From positions 56,236,387-56,282,921 of the forward strand of contig NC_057718.1 of NCBI RefSeq assembly GCF_004010195.1: 46,535 bases of DNA. Direction: 5' to 3'. The translations under genes and the position numbers were made by a program. Every line of letters starts with the position of its first letter. Within the stretch, counting starts at the first letter, position 1. Of the stretch, positions 37,517 to 46,535 are shown piece after piece. Below the pieces are notes generated by a model. That model made no database searches. It was not told the origin of the DNA and saw nothing but the letters and a program-made list of their open reading frames with translations. This stretch comes from Chiloscyllium plagiosum (lineage: Eukaryota).

Positions 37517-39550
37517 ATGGCAGAGAAAGACCCCAGAGTAGAAGATGGTCCCATATGGGAAAAGAAGCAAAGGCAATACACATGTAAGACAAAGTGGCCC
37601 ATATGGGCAGAATTTTCTTGTAATGGTGAAATGGGACCAGGATCCCTAGGACAAAAATATTGGGATGACTTTAGGAAAATTCAAGGGAAGTGGGCTTCCA
37701 AACTTGAAAAGGTCACAGCAATGACATGCTGTCTGGGACAACTGTTAGGGATGGAGCAGGAATTGAAAACAGTCTGTAAAGAATTAGAGGACCCAAACAG
37801 GGAAAGCACAGAGTTAAAATTGAAAAATGCAGCTCAGAACCAAAGAAATCAGGCAAATCTACTACACATGAGGCAATTTGAAACCCAGTGTGAGAAAGCA
37901 TACTAAGATATCCAGTGTGCAGTGTCAGCTAAAGAGGTCACTGAGAAGGAAATGAGTCAATTGAGAAATAAATGTGCAGATTTACAAGCAGCAGTGAAGG
38001 CAATGCACCAGGCTGATAGGGAAAAGAAATAGGTAGATGCAGACCACACGAGTGCCTGCATGAGACTGAGATATTAAAAGCTCAACTCTCAATCCACAAT
38101 GGAATAATGTGCGCAAATGGGGAAGTTAAAGAGGAAGATGAACAAGGGGATGAGCTCAGGGAAGACACGCAGCATATACCATGTGCGTAGTGGATTTGGG
38201 TCCACCACCACCCTTCCCAGAGGAGTCAACTCCTTCAGGGCCCCTGGGGACACCTTCTGTTGCAATGAACCTAATTACCACCGAAAAACAGATTGGGGAC
38301 CCTGATGGCCCAGCAGTAACATATACCACTCTATTTACAGTGCTACACTTAGCAGAAATTGCTAAAAGGATTATACATTTTAAGCCATCAACTGATCCCT
38401 TTATATTTTTTGAAAGGGTCAGGAAACAAAAGGTTTTACATGGGTTAGATGAGAGAGAGGAAGTAAAATGTATCGTAATGTGTCTGAGCCCGTTTGTGCA
38501 GTCTGCAATCCCAGCCCCTCTAAATGCAGAGGATTGCCGAAATGACCCTTGTCGAAATGAAAATGGCGATCCTAACAGCATTTTAGATTAGATTAGATTA
38601 CAGTGTGGAAACAGGCCCTTCGGCCCAACAAGTCCACACTGACCCGCCGAAGCGAAACCCACCCATACCCCTACATTTACCCCTTACCTAACACTACAGG
38701 CAATTTAGTATGGCCAATTCACCTGACCCTGCACATCTTTTTGGATGGTGGGAGGAAACCGGAGCACCCGGAGGAAACCCACGCAGACACGGGGAGAACG
38801 TGCAAACTCCACACAGTCAGTCGCCTGAGGCGGGAATTGAACCCGGGTCTCTGGCGCTGTGAGGCAGCAGTGCTAACCACTGTGCCACCGTGCCGCAATA
38901 AAGATGACTCTGTAGATGGGTTAAACAAGTGTAGGCAAAAGAAGGGAAGACACCTGACTGCCTTTGCCAATCGTTTTAGGGTGCACTTTTTGAGAGTCTT
39001 AAACAGGGGGCAGTTATCTGAAGCTGACTCAACTAAGTGGGCTAGGACTTTAGTTTTCCATGCCACCAAAAAGAGCAGGAAGGTATGTTTGAATTTCGAT
39101 CCCACAGAGCCAAGCCACAATGAGGCATGTATTCTGAGAAAAATGTCCCAGGTGTGGGAGAAAGAAGCCCATGAACTGAATAAAAGCAAAGCAGAGGAAG
39201 GAGGGAAAATGCTTCCTCTTTGAACCTCCAACCGGGATCCAGTGTGGAGGAATGAAGGAAGAGGGAAGAATTCTCAGCAAAGGAACCCAGTTTCACCTGC
39301 ACAGCCACAGGGAGAGACAGAGGGGCACAGCAAGGGAACACTTGGTAGCCAGCGTGGTGCTACCACTGCAGGCGCACAGGACACTATGCGTGAGAATATA
39401 GAACGCATGTGCAGGGACCACCGACCAAGGGGTGATAGAGGGAGTCACAAATTCCCATTAGAAGGCCCAAGTCAGCAGGGTCCGGTTCATACCGTAGACA
39501 CTAGCAAACCCATGTACCCTCGACTTCCCACCTACGAGGCAACTGCATGA
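37517..39550 (+). pseudogene. gag: ERV gag pseudogene: N-terminal domain, long coiled coil, capsid-like region, single CCHC knuckle
   Basis: ATG 37517; heptad-rich ELKTVCKELEDPNRESTELKLKNAAQNQ...; CRQKKGRHLTAFANRF (MHR-like Q..E....F..R); 39358 encodes CYHCRRTGHYA*EY (decayed CX2CX4HX4C); stop TGA at 39548-39550. Confidence 0.8.
38582..38896 (-). mobile_element. HE1-type SINE inserted in gag
   Basis: Reverse complement of 2779-3106 with an intact B-box (gggttcaattcc) and (taatc)n tail. Confidence 0.92.
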
Positions 39551-42333
39551 TGGTGTCAGGCTTCTGCCTCCCCAGTGTGGGTCTGCGACACGAAATGGGA
39601 TAGTGTACGTAGATCATTAGCCAATGCTGAAGTACAAGGCTGCCCCGTAGAACTTCTTTCGAATACCGGAGGTTCCCACACAACCCTGAACACCTTGAGA
39701 TTTAATGATCTACCCTATCAAACCACAAGCACTATTGTTTTAAATGGGTTTACTGGACATGTACAGGAGGGGTACATTACTGAATCACTAGAATTTAAAC
39801 TAGGCAACTTTGCATGCCAGTACCCTGTTATCTTAGTCAACCTTTCCCCCAGGAGCAGAACATATACTTGGCATCGATTACATTACTAGGTGCAATCTTA
39901 CCTTTGATCCAGTGTGTGCCTACATATGGCACCTGTCTCCGATTAGCAAGCCCCACCCAGCATTTTAACAGGAAATTATGCTAATCGAACCAGCACAATA
40001 GAGGAGTTTTGATTCAATCTCCTAAAAATGACCAAGGATCAGGCTATGAGAGAAGTGACTGTGAAACACAAAGGCGTATTCGCCCAGCATAAACATGACT
40101 GTGGGCATATCCTAGGAGAGATGATAATCGAGGGTTTCCCCAGCCAGGCAGAGGAGGAGGTGGCCAAGGTGATTGACAGTCTGTTACAGCAAGGCGTGTT
40201 GTGACCTGTAGTTTTCACTAATAATGCTCCAATTTGGCCAGTCAGGAAACCAGATGGTTCATGGCATTTAACCGTCGATTTTCAGGAGCTTAATAAAGTC
40301 ATCCCTCTCACTGCACCATCAGTAGCCACCATCCTGGCCACAATAATGAAGCAAGCTCTGCAAGCAAAGTACTTCACAGTACTTGATATCTGTAACGGCT
40401 TTTGGTCCATATCTTTAAATCGGTCCTATCAGTAGAAATTCGCATTTACCTTCTAGGAATAGCACTATATCTGGACTTGCATACCCCAAAGGTTCCACAA
40501 CTCACCCTTGATTTCCAACTGATGATTAGCCAAGGGACTAGAAAGATTTTCCTGACCTGACTGCCTAATCCAATATATTGATGACTTATTCCTACAAACC
40601 GAAACAAATGAGGTGTGCACGTCAGCTCCTAGACAAATTACTCAACCTCTTACATGTTAGGGTGTAAAATAAATCCGAAGAAGGCACAAATTCTACAGCC
40701 TAGGGTTACACATTTAGGAACAATAGTCACCCATGAGAATAAAGAGATAGACCAAAAGCGAATAGATTCCATAGCACGACTCCCACTCCCCCGAGATGTT
40801 AGTACGCTCTGATCTTTTCCAGGTCGAGTGGAATATTACAGGAGCCACATTGATGGGTTCGCTACCAAGGCAGCCTCAGTGAAAAAGTTGCTGAAAAAGA
40901 ATGCTGCATGGAATTGGACATCCCAATGTACAAAGGCTGTAATTAATTTAAAACATGCCCTCGCAACAGCACCTGCCTACTAGTTCCCAACCCTGACTTA
41001 CCATACTGCCTAGAAGTTGCAGCCACCAGCCAGACAATAGCTGCTGTTCGACTGCAAAATTGGCACGGTAGACTAGGCGCAGGGTCCTACAACCTGTGGA
41101 GCAAGGGTTTTCCATTGCGAATGACACCTCCTTGCAGTCTTATGGGCAGTCCAGTACTTCGACTACATCGTCGGTTTAAACCCATTGACTATATTAACTG
41201 AGCACACCCCAATTTAGCTCCTGCTAGACGCCAAATCAAACAGGTCTCAGTCAGGCCCGATGGACTTTACTGCTGCAGGGTCGTGACATCACGGTCAGAT
41301 GTACCAAGGTGCCCACCTTCCTAGCCAATAACCTAAAGTATGGGGGAGACCCACATGACTGCCAAATCATAGCCACGAAACACCTCACAGCCCCTTTTAC
41401 ACCAAAACAGTTTGAGAAATGATTAGGAATGAGACAAAAAGTTAGGCAGACAGACACCACAGTCAAAGTCTATGTAAATTGGTCTTCTGAGGATGTCAGT
41501 CGGATCATCGGTTGTGGGATATACATGACTGACACTCAAGGACAGCCATTGGTTGAACCAGCTTTAAAACTGTGCCCAAGTTGCGGAACTAGCTGCTGTA
41601 GACTATGTAGTCATCCAACCAAACTGTTCCCTTCACCCGCAGATATATACTCTGATAGCATGTATATATGCAACAGCCTCACTGAATTTTTACCATTATG
41701 GGAAGATGGAGATTTTATTTCTGCCAATGGGAAACCCCTACCATCCTTATTATAGAAGTACTGCAGGCCACCAGTGGAAGGAAATGTGGAATAATTAAAG
41801 TTGGAAGCCACCACAAAACATCCTCAGAAAGTAACTCCAAACCCAGGTGAGTTAGCTAAGAGAAGTGCTCATGTAGGAGAATTCTGACCACCCATAGGTG
41901 AGCAGGCGAATACAGTCACTGTAAACCAAACAAGCATAGAGGACCCAAGCACAACACCATGATAATTCCTTAAAACAGAATTGTGGGAGGTGTCTATCCA
42001 GAGGTTTGTGACAAATGGAGAGATACCCTACAGGTATGGGATGGAATTAGTTTTAAAAACAGGAGTCTATGTAATTCTGATGCAAGGCAGGAATCAAATC
42101 ATATATCAATATCATGGCAGGCATGGGCTCCAGGAAATAGAGGCCACTACCAAATGATTGAAAGAACCGTGTTGGTGGCCTGACTTACATAGGGATGTAG
42201 CACGCTACATAGGGAACTGTCTGGTCTGCGCCCAAAATAATCCAGACAAGAAGGCCCGAAAGAGAGAACTGAGGCACACCCATCCAGTGGAAGGGCCCTG
42301 GACAAATCTACAAATTGATTATATAGGTCCCCT

Positions 42334-42515
42334 GGCCAGGCAGCATCCGAGGAGCAGGAGAATCGACCTTTCAGGCATAATCAGGATTCCTGAAGAAGGG
42401 CTTGTGCCCGAAACGTCGATTCTCCTGCTCCTCAGATGCTGCCTGGCCTTCTGCGCTTTTCCAGCACCACACTTTTCAACTCTGGTCTCCAGCATCTGCA
42501 GTCCTCACTTTCTCC
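42334..42515. mobile_element. PLE pLTR insertion in integrase with a 14-bp TSD
   Basis: TSD tatataggtcccct at 42320-42333 and 42516-42529 duplicates YIGPL; intact CTGAAGA...GAAACGTC motif. Confidence 0.9.
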
Positions 42516-42662
42516 TATATAGGTCCCCTTCCAACCTGTAGGAATGGATTTACCTATATTCTAGTCATTAGAGACACTTTCACAAACTGGGCTGAGGCTG
42601 TAGGACAAATACAGCCAAAACAACCCGAAAAATCCTAACATAATAGGTATTTACGAAATGGG

Positions 42663-43116
42663 CTGAAAATGTGTTGCCGGAAAAGCGCAGCAGGTCAGGC
42701 AGCATCCAAGGAGCAGGAGAATCGACGTTTCGGGCATGAGCCCTTCTTCAGGAATGAGGAGAGTGTGCCAAGCGGGCTGAGATAAAAGGTAGGGAGGAGG
42801 GACCTTCCTCCCTCTACAACCTCTTGCAAGGATGCCTTCCTTGAAGAAGCTCTCTTCTTCCCTCTACAACCTCTTGCAAGGATGCCTTCCTTGAAGAAGC
42901 TCTCTTCCTCCCTCTACAAGTTCCAACGCCCCTCCCCCAAGTTCTTCCTCCCTACCTTTTATCTTAGCCTGCTTGGCACACTCTCCTCATTCCTGAAGAA
43001 GGGCTCATGCCCGAGACGCGATTCTCCTGCTCCTTGGATGCTGCCTGACCTGCTGCGCTTTTCCAGCATCACATTTTCAGCTCTGATCTCCAGCATCTGA
43101 AGTCCTCACTTTCTCC
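42663..43116. mobile_element. PLE inverted-pLTR insertion in integrase with a 14-bp TSD
   Basis: TSD atttacgaaatggg at 42649-42662 and 43117-43130; inverted arms ~42663-42803 and ~42940-43081; 51-bp tandem duplication in the spacer. Confidence 0.9.
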
Positions 43117-44606
43117 ATTTACGAAATGGGGGTCTACCCTATGGTATCGAGTCAGATCAGGGAACCCATTTCACCAGCTGAGTCATGCAGACTGTGATGA
43201 CTATGTTTGGTATTAGGCAGAAATTCCACATTGCATACCACCCCCAATCTAGTGGGATTGTGGAAAGGATGAACTGCACCCTAAAAGCGATGATTAGGAA
43301 GACGGTATAGCAAAATAATAAAACCTGGGACACAGTACTTCCATTTGTCTTCATGTGGTATGCAACACCATCTCGCAATCCACAGGGTATACCCCCCCCC
43401 ATACTCTCATGACAGAGTGACCCATCTTCGATCTCAACCTCACAGAACCTGCCCTCACCCACGGAAAAGCAGTACAGCAACTCATTGAGAATATCAAGGC
43501 CACTCAGTTAGCAGCAGCCATCAGGTTAGGGACCAAAAGGGAAGTAAACAAGGCTTACTTTGACAGTAAAGTTAACTTGAATACCCAACAGGACAGCAGG
43601 TAATGCTACAGATATAAACTCTAGTTACTTTCTCTCCTCGAAATATTCAGGTCCACATACTATGGTGGATAAGGTGAGCCCCTCAGTATATAAGGTTCTA
43701 CCTGCCAGAGGAAAGACCGGCTGGTATCATGTAAAGTAATTAAAAGCCTATAGCAAACAACACAGCCACTCTCACCACCTCGATATATGTATGGTGGATG
43801 ACACTGCCCTAGAGCAAGTGACAAGACCATGGACTCCCCCTAACATGTTCTCTCAGTCAGACTGCACCCTTGGCAAAATTTTTACTCTCCCATTACTACC
43901 ACCCATTACTACTACGTTGGGCAGCTTTAGCACCCAAGGGACCCCCAGACAATTTAACTGACTTAATGGAGGCCACTCTAATATATCGGAACAACTCGGT
44001 AGTAGCTGACAGCATGAATATTTTACACATTCCCAATAGTCTAGACACGCCAGAACTCCCGATAACCCCCTGACAGACAGGGAAATTAAACAACCCGGAC
44101 TCATTGTAACTCAGACCCCAGACAGCATAACCACAACATCGAATTGTGACAATACTAAAAGGCTAGTACAGACCAGGGAAAAGCAGACTGACCTAGATTG
44201 TCAAATGGTAACCTCAGGCATTCAGGGTATCACCACTAGAGGGAATGACAGGACGTGGACATGGGAACCAGGAGAATGCAATATTGCCATATCCCAACAA
44301 CCAAGGATTCACAACACACTAATGCGTCTCTGTTGGTGCCTATTTGACAAATGCACTCATTCATGAATCCAGGCAATATAACAGCTCCTGACAGCCACCC
44401 AAGATGAGGTGCAACTGTTTCTGATGGTCCAACTTTACACGCTTTTCATACGTCTCCGTAGACCCAGTGGGACTAACTGTTATTCCTGTACATGCTGAAG
44501 GGATTAACCAGGTTACCATCCTAACCCCTATCACTAGAAACTGAGGTTAGAGCCTCCCGGGCCTCTAAACCCAAATGAACATTCCACATGGGGTTCACAT
44601 TCCTAT

Positions 44607-44632
44607 TCCTTTTAAAAAAAAGGGGGGGGAGG
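44607..44632 (+). other. Retroviral U-tract + polypurine tract (3' or central PPT)
   Basis: tccttttAAAAAAAAGGGGGGGGAGG about 850 bp downstream of pol. Confidence 0.6.
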
Positions 44633-45084
44633 TTAGGACATATGCACTACATTAGTTCAAACCTATACAGATATTACACAAGGATAACAACAAAATCAAC
44701 CATGATCTCTCCCCAGGACAACCATGACCACGCAGAATGCAATCAAGATCTACTTCATTGGGGTTATCATCAGCATCAGAAACAACACACAAGAAACACC
44801 GAATAGACCAGGATAAATATTTGTTAGCTTACTAATTATTAGTTATCAGGTTGTTGGTATAAAATGTTCTATCCTATTGTTTGCAGAAAATATTCTCTGG
44901 TTTTATAATGTTTGTTTAATTTTTTGTTATGAATTTTTTTGTGTATTTGTTTGTTTCTCCAACGCCTTATTTGTTTCAATTTACTAAGTTTGCTTGATTA
45001 GCCATTAGGCCCAAATTTTGATATTCCATTTAGATATAGTTCGATGATGTTTGCTTGATCTCAGTTAGGTGTGATTTTCAAATA

Positions 45085-45260
45085 CTGAAAATGTGTTGCT
45101 GGAAAAGCGCAGCAGGTCAGGCAGCATCCAAGGAACAGGAGAATCGATGTTTTGGGCATAAGCCCTTCCTGAAGAAGGGCTTATGCCCGAAACGTCGATT
45201 CTCCTGTTCCTTTGATGCTGCCTGACCTGCTGCACTTTTCCAGCAACACATTTTCAGCTC
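45085..45260. mobile_element. PLE fold-back hairpin (~84-bp arms, 5-nt loop)
   Basis: ctgaaaatgtgttgctgg...aagcccttc-ctgaa-gaagggctt...ccagcaacacattttcag, with few mismatches. Confidence 0.88.
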
Positions 45261-45779
45261 CTATTCTCTCCTCCCATTGCTCCTCCTCTGTTTACATTTC
45301 CCACCTCTCTAAGACCGGCGCCCATTACTCTTGTTTACCTCTTGCCTTATCCGGCCTTGTCTGTGACAAAATGCTTATTTCTGGCCTCACAAGGCCGTTT
45401 GACCACATCCTGCTGTGGGCCATTGTTAGGTATATCCTCCCTTACTTGTTATGACCTTGTGACCTCATGACTTCTTGATTGTGGTTTGTTCTTGTTTTTG
45501 CAGGTGGGAAACAGATGCTTATAACTACTGTTTATACAGGTGTATCTAGCTTAACCCCCTCCCCTCACAGCACCTTATCTATTTGTCTGTAACATCTATC
45601 ATTCTTTGCAGGCACATTTCAGCTAATACAAAAACAATTATGTATTTCCTTCACATAGTTTCCATTCTTGTTGACTCAGCTCTTGGCTGAAACAATTATA
45701 CACTGGTGCGAGTTCATTTACCTTGCATAAATAAATATGATTGCAGAAGTAACACTACTTTACCTATATCCCACAAACC

Positions 45780-46070
45780 CAAGCAGGCATTGACATGTCG
45801 ATGGCAGGGTGGGCCTTGGGCATCCATTCCTGAAGGTGTTAGGTGCCCATAGGTCAGGTAGGCCTCTCCAAATAAGCGTGTGAGGCACCCCTTTGTCTGG
45901 CAAACAACTCGTTGTTTCCAATTGTCCTGGGGATGGTATTCAAGTTGTATATTGTATTGTCTGCAACTGCTGAGCCAATTACATACTGTCTGTAGCTGCA
46001 CTTGTCTGGATTCTGCAGCATGTTTATTAGCGCAGTCACAGTCACGAAGTTCCCAGGATGCCTTACTTAT
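45780..46070. repeat. Unclassified interspersed repeat, copy 2 (uninterrupted)
   Basis: Homologous to 33238-34005 and shows the empty site ttctgcagcatg. Confidence 0.7.
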
Positions 46071-46253
46071 TGTCCACTTGCATAAATTAATCATCATTGA
46101 GTGGTCCACAAGGCGACAGTCCGTCCTCTTGATCCTGAATGCGAAATGTGATGGATCACATGATCACAGATTAATTTCCATGCAGTGACCAAATGATCAT
46201 CCAGGCTCAAGCAAAACACAACATATACTCAGGTAGCATATTTGAAAATCACG

Positions 46254-46535
46254 AGGAGAAAGTGAGGACTGCAGATGCTGGAGATCAGAGCTGAAAATGT
46301 GTTGCTGGAAAAGCGCAGCAGGTCAGGCAGCATCCAAGGAACAGGAGAATCGACGTTTCGGGCATAAGCCCTTCTTCAGGAATGAGGAAAGTGTGTCCAG
46401 TAGGCTAAGATAAAAGGTAGGGAGGAGGGACTTGGGGGAGGGGTGTTGGAAATGCGATAGGTGGAAGGAGGTCAAGGTGAGGGTGATAGGCCGGAATGGG
46501 GTGGGGCGGAGAGGTCAGGAAGAAGATTGCAGGTT
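46254..46535 (-). mobile_element. PLE pLTR (family A) with hammerhead motif, truncated by the window end
   Basis: gacgtttcgggcataagcccttcttcagg at ~46352-46380 is the reverse complement of the intact core. Confidence 0.88.

Larger units (their letters stand above)
39551..43780 (+). pseudogene. pol: ERV pro-pol pseudogene (protease, RT, tether/RNase H-like, RNase H, integrase)
   Basis: PR: LLSNTGGSHT (D>N, 39662). RT: NNAPIWPVRKPDGSWHLTVDFQELNK, YFTVLDICNGFWSI, PQRFHNSP, QYIDDL (YIDD 40574-40585). RH: VYVNWSS, AELAAV, IYSDS. IN: WWPDL..CLVC, QIDYIGP, ESDQG (D 43155) to VERMN (E 43263) = DD35E. Confidence 0.92.
37047..45084 (+). mobile_element. Degraded endogenous retrovirus, deep-branching (lokiretrovirus-like/spuma-related); ends uncertain
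   Basis: Ordered gag-PR-RT-tether-RNaseH-IN remnants followed by a U-tract/polypurine tract. Many stops and frameshifts and three nested insertions. Confidence 0.85.

Noticed and set aside
38603..39223. 206-aa ORF as a novel protein
   Set aside because: It is a chimera of the antisense HE1 SINE (same peptide as ORF 2755-3072) and a gag fragment.
42805..42918. CRISPR-like or regulatory direct repeats
   Set aside because: A simple 51-bp tandem duplication without spacers, within a eukaryotic PLE insertion.

Overview
Eukaryotic, repeat-dense, non-genic DNA from a cartilaginous fish. The host is inferred from HE1-type tRNA SINEs, Deu-domain SINEs, shark-type CR1 LINEs and Penelope-like elements; a bamboo shark (Chiloscyllium) is plausible but not proven. 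I could not support any intact host protein-coding gene, and most ORFs in the track are decayed transposon fragments or their antisense shadows. The window contains: (i) many nested, decayed CR1 LINE copies; (ii) about 15 Penelope-like (PLE) pseudo-LTR insertions carrying minimal hammerhead-ribozyme motifs, often as inverted hairpins with 14-16 bp target-site duplications (TSDs); (iii) a 5'-truncated Tx1-clade LINE with a 19-bp TSD; (iv) a PIF/Harbinger Myb/SANT gene relic; (v) a ~3.8-kb transposon-free AT-rich island (25.2-29.0 kb) that may be regulatory; (vi) a 666-bp solo LTR with a 5-bp TSD; and (vii) an ~8-kb degraded endogenous retrovirus (37.0-45 kb). The retrovirus has a coiled-coil plus single-CCHC Gag, an in-frame gag-TGA-pol junction, a spuma-like RT, two RNase H-type domains and a DD35E integrase. 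That combination best fits the deep-branching lokiretrovirus-like lineage and is the most interesting item. All family assignments are by eye from motifs; no database searches were run, and boundaries not marked by a TSD are approximate.
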